Assembly: GCF_964213995.1 (NCBI RefSeq)
Contig: NC_135808.1
Location: 50,902,001 to 50,966,000, forward strand
Reading direction: 5' to 3'
Source of the DNA: Mustelus asterias
Taxonomy: Eukaryota
Length of the DNA: 64,000 nucleotides
Shown here: positions 48,071 to 60,713 of the stretch, one piece after another
How the letters are laid out: every line of letters begins with the position of its first letter
Numbering within the stretch: the first letter of the stretch is position 1
Position numbers and translations under genes: made by a program
Notes under the pieces: generated by a model
What the model saw: the letters and a program-made list of their open reading frames with translations, nothing else
What the model was told of the DNA's origin: nothing
Database searches by the model: none

Positions 48071-49926
48071 CCCCAAGATCTCTCTGTTCCTCCACATTCT
48101 TCAGAACCCTACCTTTGACCCTGTAATCCACATTTAAATTTGTCCTACCAAAATGAATCACCTCGCATTTGTCAGGGTTAAACTCCATTTGCCATTTTTC
48201 AGCCCAGCTCTGCATCCTATCTATATCTCTTTGCAGCTACAACAGCCCTCCACCTCATCCACTACTCCACCAATCTTGGTGTCATCAGCAAATTTACTGA
48301 TCCACCCTTCAGCCCCCTCCTCCAAGTCATTTATAAAAATGACAAATAGCAGAGGACCAAGCACTGATCCCTGTGGCACTCCGCTGGTAACCGGTTTCCA
48401 GTCTGAAAAGTTTCCATCCACCACCACCCTCTGTCTTCTGTTAGATAGCCAGTTACCTATCCAATCGACCAAACTTCCCTCTATCCCACACATCCTTACT
48501 TTCTTCATAAGCCGACCATGGGGGACTTTATCAAACGCCTTACTAAAATTCATGTATATGACATCATCTGCACTACCTTCATCTACATACTTAGTTACCT
48601 CCTCAAAAAATTCTATCAAATTTGTGAGGCAAGACTTGCCCTTCACAAATCCGTGCTGACTATCCCGGATTAAGCTGCATCTTTCTAAATGGTCGTAAAT
48701 CCTATCCCTGAGGACCTTTTCCATCAACTTACCGACCACCGAAATAAGACTAACCGGCCTATAATTACCAGGGTCATTTCTATTCCCTTTCTTAAACAGA
48801 GGAACAACATTCGCCACTCTCCAGTCCTCTGGCACCACCCCCGTGGACAGCGAGGATGCAAAGATCGATGCCAAAGGCTCTGCTATCACATTCCTTGCCT
48901 CCCAAAGACTCCTAGGATATATTTCATCAGGCCCAGGGGACTTATCAACTTTCAGTTTATTCAAAATTGCTAGTACATCTTCCCTCCGAACATCAACTTC
49001 CTCCAGCCTATCAGCCTGTGACACCCTCTCTTCCTCAAAAACATGGCCCCTCTCCTTGGTGAACACCGAAGAAAAGTATTCATTCATCACCTCTCCTATC
49101 TCTTCTGACTCCATGCACAAATTCCCACTGCCGTCCTTGACCGGCCCCAACCTCATCCTGGTCATTCTTTTATTCCTCACATACGAGTAAAAAGCCTTGG
49201 GGTTTTCCTTGATCCGACCCGCCAAGGACTTCTCATGCCCCCTCCTAGCTCTCCTAAGCCCCTTTTTCAGCTCATTTCTTGCTAACTTGTAACCCTCCAT
49301 CGAGCCAACTGAACCTTGTTTTCTCAACCTTACATACGCTTCCTTCTTCCTCTTGACAAGACATTCCACCTCTTTTGTGAACCATGGTTCCCTCACTCGG
49401 CCATTTCCTCTCTGCCTGGCAGGGACGTACCTATCAAGGACACGCAGTATTTGTTCCTTGAAAAAGTTCCACTTTTCATTAGTGCCTTTCCCTGACAATT
49501 TTTGTTCCCATCCTATGCTTCCTAATTCCCGCCTGATTGCATCATAATGACCTCTCCCCCAATTGTAAACTATGCCCTGCCGCATGGCCCTCTCTCTCTC
49601 CATTGCAATAACAAAAGACACCGAATTGTGGTCACTATCTCTAAAGTGCTCTCCCACAACCAAATCCAACACTTGGCCCGGCTCATTTCCCATTACCAAA
49701 TCCAATGTGGCCCCACCTCTTGTCGGCTTATCCACATATTGTGTCAGAAAACCCTCCTGCACACACTGCACAAAAACTGCCCCATCCGAACTATTCGACC
49801 TATAAAGGCTCCAATCAATATTTGGAAAGTTAAAGTCCCCCATGACAACTACCCTGTGACCTCCACACCTATCCATAATCTGCTTAGCAATTTCTTGCTC
49901 CACATCTCTATTACTATTTGGGGGCC

Positions 49927-52900
49927 TGTGGTGAACCATCGTTGGTTACCACTGGGGGTTGTTCTTATGTTACTGTTGGGTTAGGGTGTTGTCACTGTGG
50001 GGGTTGTACTATGTTGTTGGGTTAGGGTGTTTACCTGTTGTAAATGTTATTATGGCACATCCCGGTGGGGCCCCGCCTCCGGAGGAGAGGTATAAGACCC
50101 TCTGCTCCGGCAGGACCCCTTCAGTCTGAACTGGTGTATTGCGTTAGTTAGTTCCATTGTTAGACAATAAAAGCCTTCAATACTGAAGCCTTGTTCCACG
50201 TGCTTGATTGTCGCGCATCAATTTTATTGTCTAACAGAAAACTCTCAGCTGTACAAAAAAAAAGAGTATGGAACAGATCTTGAAACCAGATCGTCTGGCG
50301 TTGGACCCAAGTGCGGTCGGTGCCGCTAACACCTTCGACCACTGGTGGAAGTGTTTCGAAGACTACCTGGCTGCCTCTGTAGCTATTACTACAGACAGCG
50401 ACAAACTCCAAGTCCTCCACGCAAGGGTAAGCGATTCGTGCGGCTCCCACTTACCCGAGGGCCGTCGAGCTCTTGAAGAAACGATACACGAAACCACCCA
50501 ACGAGATACACGCTCGTTACCTCCTCGCTACACGACGTCGGCAGTCGGGCGAAACCATGGAGGACTACGCCAATGAGCTCCTGCAGCTTGCCAGGGGTTG
50601 CGATTGTAAAGACGTATCAGCCGAACAATACATGTACGACCTCGCCCGAGACACGTTCGTAGCAGGGGTAGGGTCCTCGTACATCCGGCTTAAATTACTG
50701 GAAAAGGGGAACCTCGACTTGACCCAAGCGATGGAGATGGCTGAGATGCTGGAAGCGGCGTCGAAAAGCTTGGCGCTGTACCCCGAGGACCACGTGCAGT
50801 CAACGTGGCAGGAGCAAGCTCAAATCCCTCCTCGCCCCGCAAACTCGCGCTCCCAGATCGATCCGACGACGGCGGCAGCTCCAGGCGGCCAGCGATGCTA
50901 TTTTTGCGGTGGGGCCAAGCATCCACGGCAACAGTGTCCGGCAAGAACGGCAATCTGCAGCCAGTGCGGTAAAAAAGGCCACTACGGTAAAGTTTGCAGG
51001 TCGAAGTCCAAAAACGGCAGTGCAGCTTGTAACCCTCCAGAACGGAGACAATCTCCTTCGGCGTCACAGTACCCACGAGGTCCGACCACGTGCGAATCCA
51101 GGACGGCGCCATCGTGGCTGACGGAGGAGGAGGAAGACCACCAGGAGTCGCTGCGTTTGGCGCCCTCGCCCACGTGCGATTCATGGGGGCGGCCATCTTG
51201 GTCCACGACGACTAGGAGCGACCAGCAGGGGTCCTCAGCATCAACATCGGCGGCATGCAGTGACGCCCAGGGGCCAACGGTGGCGTCGATCTCCCTGGAC
51301 CAGACTAAGCACCACAGGCTTGAGAATTCAATGATGGATATCAAGGTAAATGGTCGAACTGTGAATTGTCTGTTTGACAGTGGGAGCACCGAGAGTTTCA
51401 TACACCCTGACACTGCTAAAAGGTGTGGACTCCGGGTTCTCCCTGCCAAGCAGACAATTTCCATGGCATCACGGTCCCGGTCTGTACCGATCCAAGGACG
51501 ATGTATGGTAACTCTAGAGGTACAGGGCACAATTTACGAGCAATACAGGCTCCTTGTGTTACCTCACCTTTGTGCGCCAATTCTCCTCGGACTAAATTTT
51601 ATGGTCCACATGAAGAGTGTGATCCTACAGTACGGTGGGCCACTCCCTTCACTGGCAGTAGGGAATCAGCCGCAGCCTCCAAATTGCCCAAAGCGCCCCG
51701 CATGCAATCTTTCCACTCTGAAAATCACTACACCATCCCTATTTAAGAATCTGGTACCAGGCTGCAAGCCCATCGCTACTAAAAGTAGGCGTTACAGCGC
51801 TGAAGACCGGATCTTTATTAGATCTGAGGTTCAGCGGCTCCTCAAGGAAGGGATCATACAGGCCAGTGCTAGTCCGTGGAGAGCGCAGGTCGTGGTAGTC
51901 AAAAGCGGGAACAAACCTCGGATGGTCATCGACTACAGTCAGACCATTAACCGTTATACGCAGCTGGATGCGTATCCTCTCCCGCGCATTTCTGATATGG
52001 TCAATCAGATTGCGCAGTACCGAGTGTTCTCTACCATAGACCTTAAGTCCGCCTACCATCAACTCCCCATCCGCCCAGAGGACCGACAATATACGGCTTT
52101 TGAGGCGGATGGTCGTCTATACCATTTCCTCAGGGTTCCATTTGGTGTCACCAATGGGGTCTCGGTCTTCCAGCGTGCTATGGACCGAATGGTGGACCAG
52201 AACGGGTTGCGGGCTACCTTCCCGTACCTGGATAACGTCACCATCTGCGGCCATGACCAGCAGGACCATGACACGAATCTCCAACACTTTCTGCGCACCG
52301 CATCTCGCCTGAATCTGACCTATAACAGGGAGAAGTGCGTATTCCGTATGCGCAGGTTAGCCATCCTCGGATACGTGGTGGAAAACGGGGTCATTGGCCC
52401 TGATCCAGACCATATGCGCCCCCTTACTGAACTTCCCTTGCCCGCTAGCACGAAAGCACTGAGGAGATGCCTCGGGTTCTTTTCGTACTATGCGCAGTGG
52501 GTCCCCAACTACGCGGACAAAGCTCGTCCGCTCATCAAGTCCACGACCTTCCCACTTACGCCGGAGGCCCAATTGGCCTTCAAGGCTTTGAAAAGCGACA
52601 TTTCGAAAGCGGTGGATGAATCCATCCCTTTCCAGGTGGAGAGTGATGCATCTGATTTCGCCCTAGCCGCCACACTAAACCAGGCAGGCAGGCCCGTCGC
52701 GTTCTTTTCCCGCACCCTTCAAGGCCCCGAAATTCGGCACTCAGCGGTGGAAAAGGAGGCTCAGGCCATTGTGGAGGCAGTCAGACACTGGCGCCATTAC
52801 CTGGCGGGGAAGCGGTTCACTCTGATCACGGATCAACGATCCGTGGCGTTTATGTTCAGCAACACGCAGAGGGGCAAGATCAAGAACGATAAGATCTTGC

Positions 52901-54574
52901 GGTGGAGAATTGAGCTCTCCACCTATAATTACGATATTATGTATCGTCCAGGGAAGCTCAATAAGCCCTCGGATGCCCTCTCGCGCGGAACATGCGCCAT
53001 CATGCAGGAGGACCGCTTGAAGGCCCTCCACAATGACCTGTGTCATCCTGGAGTCACCAGACTCTACCATTTCGTCAAAGCCCGCAACCTGCCCTACTCG
53101 GTGGAGGATGTCAGGTCAGTGACGAGAAGCTGTCGGATTTGCGCAGAATGCAAACCACACTTTTATCGACCAGACCGGGCACAATTGGTCAAGGCCACTC
53201 GCCCTTTTGAGAGGCTGAGTGTGGATTTTAAGGGCCCCCTTCCCTCAACGGACCGGAACGTCTATTTCCTCAACATAATAGACGAGTACTCCCGGTTCCC
53301 GTTTGTTGTCCCCTGTGCGGACACGTCGACTGCCACCGTCATCAAGGCATTCAGTGAGCTTTTTACCCTGTTCGGGTACCCCTGCTACATTCATAGCGAC
53401 AGGGGCTCGTCGTTCATGAGCAACGACTTGAGGCAATTCCTGCTCTCATTCGGGATTGCCTCTAGTAGAACCACGAGCTACAACCCTAGGGGTAACGGAC
53501 AGGTGGAAAGGGAGAATGCTACAGTCTGGAAGGCTGTCCTACTGGCACTGAAATCCAGGGGCCTTCCAGTCTCCCGTTGGCAGGAGGTCCTTCCAAATGC
53601 GCTCCATTCTATCCGCTCCCTCCTGTGTACGGCAACCAATGCTACTCCCCACGAGAGGATGTTCTCATTCCCTCGGAAGTCGTCCTCGGGGATCTCATTA
53701 CCAGCCTGGTTGACGTACCCAGGACCCGTCCTTCTGCGGCGACATGTGAGGGCTCGCAGGTCCGATCCCTTGGTCGAACCGGTCCAACTCCTCCACGCCA
53801 ACCCTCAGTATGCCTATGTGGCATATCCTGACGGGCGAGAGGACACTGTCTCCATTCGAGACCTGGCGCCCGCAGGGGACGTAGCAACTCCTGTCGCTCC
53901 CATACCCCCTGTCACGAATCCCCTACTACTCATTTCTTCCCCAGACATGGCGCGGTCAGCACCGGGACCAGTGCATAACAGTTCTACTCCCATGTACAGC
54001 TTGCCTGAGACTCGGAGATCGGCACCACCACCGAAGGTTCCAGGATCCCCTGCACCATCGCCTCACCAGGGCCAACCGGCCCGGGAGTCCTTGAGGGGAC
54101 AGCCGGACGTTGTTTTGGAGAGAACGCCACCGCAAGCACCTGCTCCGGTTTCGCTACCGGTGTTGAGGAGATCGCAGCGACGGTGCGGTCCTCCAGACCG
54201 TCTGGACTTGTGAATTTTGTACATATGACCTGTTTTTTTTTTTGTACCCCGCCGGCCTTTGTTTTTAAAGGAGGGGTGAATGTGGTGAACCATCGTTGGT
54301 TACCACTGGGGGTTGTTCTTATGTTACTGTTGGGTTAGGGTGTTGTCACTGTGGGGGTTGTACTATGTTGTTGGGTTAGGGTGTTTACCTGTTGTAAATG
54401 TTATTATGGCACATCCCGGTGGGGCCCCGCCTCCGGAGGAGAGGTATAAGACCCTCTGCTCCGGCAGGACCCCTTCAGTCTGAACTGGTGTATTGTGTTA
54501 GTTAGTTCCATTGTTAGACAATAAAAGCCTTCAATACTGAAGCCTTGTTCCACGTGCTTGATTGTCGCGCATCA
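49927..54574 (+). mobile_element. Full-length Gypsy-type LTR retrotransposon (copy 3), very recent
   Basis: 294-bp LTRs 49927-50220 and 54281-54574 with one difference seen; TSD GGGCC; PPT at ~54267-54276. Confidence 0.97.
50268..54213 (+). pseudogene. gag-pol polyprotein of copy 3, one frameshifting deletion at ~50434
   Basis: ORFs 50268-50576 and 50473-54213 (1246 aa open) with CCHC x2, LFDSGS, YLDN, RNase H (SDAS) and integrase. Confidence 0.92.
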
Positions 54575-56308
54575 GGGCCTATAGTAAACTCCTAACAACG
54601 TGACCGCTCCTTTCCTATTCCTAACCTCAGCCCATATTACCTCTGTAGGCAGATCCCCTTCGAAATGCCTTTCTGCAGCCGTTACACTCTCCTTGATTAA
54701 CAGTGCCACTCCTCCACCTCTTTTACCAGCTACCCTACACTTACTGAAACATCTATACCCCGGAACTTCCAACAACCATTCCTGTCCCTGTTCTACCCAT
54801 GTCTCCGTAATGGCCACAACATCGTAGTCCCAAGTACCAATCCATGCCCCAAGTTCACCTACCTTATTTCGGATGCTCCTTGCATTGAAGTAGACACACT
54901 TCAACCCACCTTCTTGTCTGCTGGTACCCACCTTTGACCATGATACCCTTCCCAGTACCTCACTACACTCACTGACCTCTGGACTACAACTCCTTTTCCC
55001 ATCCCCCTGACAAATTAGTTTAAACCCCCCCGAAGAGCTGTAGCAAATTTCCCTCCCAGGATATTGGTACCCCTCTGGTTCAGGTGCACCCCGTCCTGTT
55101 GGTACAGGTCCCACCTTCCCCAGAAAGTGTTCCAATTATCCACATAGCTGAAACCCTCCCTCCTACACCATCCCTGCATCCATGTGTTTAACTGCACTCT
55201 CTCCCTGTTCCTCAACTCGCTATCCCGTGGCTCCGGCAACATACCAGAGATGACAACCTGTTTTGACCTGGCTCTCAGCTTCCACCCTAGCTCCCTGAAT
55301 TCCTGTTTTAAATCCCCGTCCCCTCTCTTACCTATGTCTTTGGTGCCGACGTGCACCACGACTTGTGACTGTTCCCCCTCCCCCTTTAGAATCCTGAAGA
55401 TACAGTCGGAGATGTCACGGACCCTGGCATCCGGGGGGCAACATACCATCCGTGAGTCTCTCTTGTTGCCACAGGACCTCCTATCTATCCCTCTACCAAA
55501 CGAGTCCCCAATAACTATAGCTCTACCGCTCTCCCCCTTTCCCTTCTGAGCCACAGGGACGGACTCAGCGCTGGCGATCTGGTCACTGCGGTTTACCACT
55601 GGTAGGTCGCCCCCCCTCACCTGTATCCAAAGTGGAATACTTGTTGCTAAGGGGAATGACCACAGGGGATCCCCACACCGACTGCTTCCTCCCAGCCCCT
55701 CTCACTGTCACCCATCTATTTTCATTCCCTGGAGCAACTATATCCCTGAAGCTTGTGTCTATGACCCTCTCTGCCTCCCTGATGACCCTAAACTCATCCA
55801 ACTCCAGCTCCAGCTCCAGAACGCGGTCTTGGAGGAGCTGCAGATGGGTGCACCTCCCACAGGTGTAATCAGCAGGGACACTGACGGTGTCCCTCACCTC
55901 GAACATTCTGCAGGAGGTACATTGCACTGCCTTCACTTCCATCCCCTCCATATAACTTACTGCTACAAAGAAAAATAATTGCTCCAACGGAACACTGAAC
56001 CCTTTTTCCCCTTCCTCAGAGTGCACTGGGAAAGAACAAGGATTCGAAATTTAAGGGTAACAGAATGAATTTAAACCTGTCCTGTGTCGCCCGTTTCCGC
56101 CTAAGCCCTGCAAAGTACTGATTTATACTAAGAACTCAACCTCCCAGAATCCCCTTCAGCTGACGTCACTTCCCTTAATTTAAAACCTTGAAAAAAGCCC
56201 GCGAAACAAACAAGGAATACAACAAATAAATAAATCAGTACTTTGCTTACCCTCAGCACTCCTGCTAAGAAGCTCCCCCTCTCAGTCCTGCTCCAGTCGA
56301 GCAAAGAG

Positions 56309-56885
56309 GACTAGTGGTGTTCCGCAGGGCTCTGCATTGGGACCTCTGCTGTTTGTGATTTATATAAACGATCTGGAAGAAGGTGTAACTGGGGTGATCA
56401 GTAAGTTTGCGGACGACACGAAAATGGCTGGACTTGCAGATAGTGAGGAGCATTGTCAGAGGCTACAGAAGGATATAGATAGGCTGGAAATTTGGGCAAA
56501 GAAATGGCAGATGGAGTTCAATCCAGATAAATGCGAAGTGATGCATTTTGGTAGAACTAACGTAGGGGGGAGCTATACGATAAATGGCAGAACCATAAAG
56601 GGTGTAGATATGCAGAGGGACCTGGGTGTACAAGTCCACAGATCCTTGAAGGTGACGTCACAGGTTAGAAGGTGGTGAAGAAGGTATATGGCATGCTTGA
56701 CTTTCTGGGACGGGGCATAGAGTATAAAAGTTGGGGTCTGATGTTGCAGTTGTATAGAACGTTGATTCGGCCGCATTTGGAATACTGCGTCCAGTTCTGG
56801 TCGCCAGACTACCAGAAGGACATGGAGGCTTTAGAGAGAGTGCAGAGGAGGTTTATCAGGATGTTGCCTGGTATGGAGGAAAGCT
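56309..56885 (+). mobile_element. CR1 RT fragment
   Basis: GVPQGS..GPLLFVIYINDL, KFADDTK. Confidence 0.88.
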
Positions 56886-57288
56886 AAAATGATATAATTG
56901 TTTACTACAATGAGAATTATTACAGGTGTTCAGAGAATATGCTTCAGTTATACATAGCATTGTTGAGGCCAGATCTGATGCACCCTCATTTGTGATTTCC
57001 TGATATAAAGAATGATGCAAATACGTTGGAAGAAGTTTTAAAAAGCTTTGCAAGACTGAAACCAGGAATGTGGGGGTTGTCTTTTGAAGAACTAATGAAC
57101 AGTCTAGGCTTGTATCAATCTGAACCCGGAAGAGTAAAAGGCGACTTGAGTAAAACATGTAAAATCCTGAAGGATATTGACAGAGTGGGCAGCGTCTTTC
57201 CTTCAATGGGAGAACCTAGAAGGAGGGGTGACCCAAGGCCGAAATTGAACCCAGAACCCTGGCGCTGTGAGGCAGCAATGCTACGAAC

Positions 57289-57879
57289 TGAAGTGGGCAA
57301 AAATATACAGATGAGTACACTTTAAAAATGACTGCCTGGCACATAAAGAGTTAACTGGGAGAGAGACCATAAACAGGCACTGACTCTCAGCCCAGACAAC
57401 TACTTGTAAATTAAAACAGGCAGGAATTAGATACTGCAGGAAACCAGTGGAAATAGGGACAGTCCTGGGACAAAAGGGTCCGTTAAAGAGATTAGCCACA
57501 AATGGGAATGGGAATACATAAATGCAGGAAAACCAATTATTATATGAATGAGCCGAAATTAAACCATTGATAGTCACTGACGTAGGAAATGTATCCATTC
57601 ATAGAACAATGCAATGTTAACATGCTTATGTCTGTATCTGTCTGTATTTGTCTATAACGATGTGTTAACGATCGATCACCTACTTGATTACAACGATGTG
57701 ATAATGGCTAAATGTCCGGTCCATCTATTGTGTAAATGGTATAAAGATGGACTGCTCCTATTGTATCATTGAGAGAAGGTTTGCTGCTTGTTAGTGCCTT
57801 GTCTCCACGAAGCTTCGTTAAAATAAAACTGTAGTCTTGAAACCTTCAAGCCTGACTCAGTGGTACATTTCCCACAACA
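57289..57879 (+). mobile_element. Solo LTR (591 bp)
   Basis: TGAAGTGGG...CCCACAACA termini, 4-bp TSD GAAC, TATAAA at ~57740, AATAAA at ~57822; splits a SINE fragment. Confidence 0.75.
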
Positions 57880-58043
57880 GAACTGTGTTAACATGCCACT
57901 CACTTCTAATGTTTTAGAAGTTTTTGAAGTTGAAAGTTTGTTGGTTACTAAATACCTCCGAAAATAATGAAAGCATAACACATTACTTAATTACCCAAAA
58001 TTAATAAACTCCTGACACACACTCACACAATGACCAGAAATGT

Positions 58044-58086
58044 AAAATTAAATTAAATTAAATTAAATTAAATTAATTTAAATTAA
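58044..58086. repeat. (AAATT)n microsatellite
   Basis: About 8 pentamer units. Confidence 0.9.
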
Positions 58087-58425
58087 GGGCGGCACGGTCG
58101 CACAGTGGGTAGCACTGCTGCTTCACAGCTCCAGGGACCTGGGTTCGATTCCCGGCTTGGGTCACTGTCTGTGTGGAGTTTGCACATTCTCCTCGTGTCT
58201 GCGTGGGTTTCCTCCGGGTGCTCCCACAGTCCAAAGATGTGCTGGTTAGGTTGATTGGCCATGCTAAAAATTGCCCCTTAGTCTCCTGAGATGCGTAGGC
58301 TAGAGGGATTAGCGGGTAAATATGTAGGGATATGGGGATAGGGCCTGGGTGGGTTTGTGGTCGGTGCAGACTCGATGGGCCGAATGGCCTCTTTCTGTGC
58401 TGTAGGGTTTCTATGATTTCTATGA
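58087..58425 (+). mobile_element. HE1-like V-SINE
   Basis: GGGCGGCACGG head, B box GGTTCGATTCCC, TTTCTATGA tail. Confidence 0.92.
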
Positions 58426-58692
58426 AATGTCCAGATAAAAGTTAAATCTGTTTTTGTCTTGTCAATGAGTGTGGAGGGTGGGATGTTGAAGCCATTAAGT
58501 TGGGTGATTCTGGGAGAGCTGACTTTGGTATTTTAGCAGACAGTTTGGAGACTCCGAGTTCTGCAAGGTAGCTGGATCCACTTTCCTTTAGATGGTGACA
58601 TCTGCTGAGCTTTCCCCCAGAGACACAGAGAGGTCCTTTGTCTGTTTGTCTTTTGCTGGGGTGACTGGGCTGTCTCTCCTTGTTTCTGTCTG

Positions 58693-60665
58693 ACTCACAT
58701 TCTGTCACACCCGCACCAATACACACAGCTCAGGTGTGCAGTTGGATTTTTAACCCATTTCCCCGTTGTTTCCTGTTTCAATCGGTTAGGATGATATTCG
58801 CTGGAGTTCAGAAGAATGAGAGGGGTCTTATAGAAACCTGTAAAATTCTAACAGGACTAGACAGGGCAGATGCAGGAAGGATGTTCCTGATGGTGGGGGA
58901 GTCCAGGACCAGGGGTCACAGTCTAAGCTTACGGGGTAAACCTTTTTGGAATAGAATGAGGAACAAATCCTTCATCCAGAGAGGGGTCAGCCTGTGGAAT
59001 TTGCTATCACAAAATCAGTTGTGCCCAAAACGTTGTCTGTCTTCAAGAGGGAGTTAGATATCGCTCTTGGGGCAAAGGGGCACAAATGATACGGTGGGAA
59101 GAGGGAATCAGGCCATTGAATTGGATGATCAGCCATGCTCATAATGAATGTCGGTGAAGCAGGCTCAAAGGGCCGAATGGCCTATTCCTGCTGCTATTTT
59201 CTGTGATTCTATGTAGACCAGCATTTATTACCCATCCCTAATTGCCCTGGTGAAGATGGTGCTGAGGTGGTGGAGTAAGTTCTACTCCAATGAGTATCGG
59301 CCCAACCTGCTCAAGCTTTCCTCATAAGACAATCCATTACTCAGTGGAATCAGCCTCGTGAACCTTCTCTGAACTCTTTCCAATGCTACTATATCCTTCC
59401 TCAAGTAAGGAGACCAAAAGTGTCCACAATATTCCTGGTGTGATTTTCCCGATGTGCTGTACAGCTGTAGTAAGACATCCCTACTTTTATACTCATCCTC
59501 ATTGGAATGAAGAGCAACATTCCATTTGTCTTCCTAATTTTTTGCTGTTCCTGGATGCAAAGACACCCAGATCACTCGATAGAATCTCTCCAGTTTACTA
59601 GTATTCTGCTCTATCCTCCTGCCAAAGTGGACAACCTCACATTTTCCCACATTATACTCCATCTTCACCAGGTTAACATCTAATTTTTCAGTATGTCTGC
59701 TGTTGCTCCTGGCATGTCCTCCTGCACTCTTCATTGAACTGAAAGCAGCAGAGAATCCACAGAAACAGACTGATGTTTGTCTGATTTGTCTGTGTGTTTA
59801 TTAGATGTGACTGAGCAGATAGCAAGAGTTTCAGCAGCAACAAAGACATTTCTCTAGTTCACCTCCCACTTTCCGCATCCACTTCCAAAATCCTCATGGG
59901 GAAAGGGCTCAGCACCTGTCAGCGACTGGTTAAATGTCCCCCCTCTAGACTACAGGCTTCCCATAATCTGCTCTCCATCTCTCTCCTGAAGACACTCTCT
60001 CTGGCTGGGGAACAGCTCCACCCTCCCAAGTGGCTTCATCAGAATCCTGTGTGAAGTGTGTTGATCCAAGTCTGCTGCAATGTTCTGGGATAAAGTTCTC
60101 CTGATCTGTGTGTGATCTGTGGTTTGTTGATGCTCAACCTGTTTCCCCCAGACAGACTGAGCAATAGTTCCAGCTTCCTGACTGGTTAACAGTCTCTTAA
60201 AGGAACACTGTGTCTTTAAATACTCTCACTATTAACCATTTCAGTGCTGAATTTGTAGTAACCTTCTTTACAGATGTTTCAGTCACATTGCAAAATGATT
60301 CAAGCAGCTTCAAATCAAACCTTTACTTCCTGACATTGAACTAATTTTAAATCCAACTTGGCATCCCACCAGCTTTTAATTTTAAACAATGGTACAGCAT
60401 TATCCGTCCTCCAGTCCTCCCACACCACACCTGTAGCCAGAGAGGATTGGAAAATAATGGTCAGAGTCTCTGCTATTTCTTCCCGTGCTTCCCTTCGCAT
60501 CCTGGGATACATTTCACCCGGGCCTGGGAATTTCTCCACTTTCAAAGATGATAAACACATTAGTATCTCCTCCCACACTATCATTATCCCATTGATTATT
60601 TCACAATCCCTCCCCTCCTGAACTACAATGTTAGCTTTGTCCCTCTCATTGGTGAAAACTGATAT
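58693..60665 (+). other. Inverted paralogue of the Ig J-C intron
   Basis: Collinear reverse-complement matches to ~15790-15872, 14170-14580, 13845-14170, 11763-11890, 10722-10824 and 4905-5641. Confidence 0.85.
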
Positions 60666-60713
60666 AAATTATTGTTCAATATAAATATACATAAATTATA
60701 TATAAATCATTGT

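Larger units (their letters stand above)
47206..56300 (-). mobile_element. Near full-length CR1 LINE (5' UTR, ORF1 esterase, ORF2) interrupted by LTR copy 3 and a SINE
   Basis: ORF1 pieces 55583-56026 and 55015-55620 (GDS, VHVGT.D, DGVHLN); ORF2 endonuclease 54572-55030 continues across the TSD at 49926; RT 48221-49926 and 47294-47885; tail at 47206-47226. Confidence 0.93.

Noticed and set aside
48221-49939. 572-aa ORF with its own start as an independent gene
   Set aside because: The start lies in the antisense LTR end; it is the interrupted CR1 ORF2
50431-50480. Programmed ribosomal frameshift in gag
   Set aside because: No slippery heptamer; copy 1 is continuous here and has extra codons, so this is a deletion
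55015-55620. Captured host esterase gene
   Set aside because: An SGNH esterase domain is a known part of CR1 ORF1 and recurs in three copies here
47206-58692. Second V or J segment for the inverted cluster
   Set aside because: No FGXG J, YYC V end or RSS found; the region is accounted for by TEs
60021-60050. Clean empty site for LTR copy 1 in the paralogue
   Set aside because: Homology ends a few bp before the TSD and the far flank does not match
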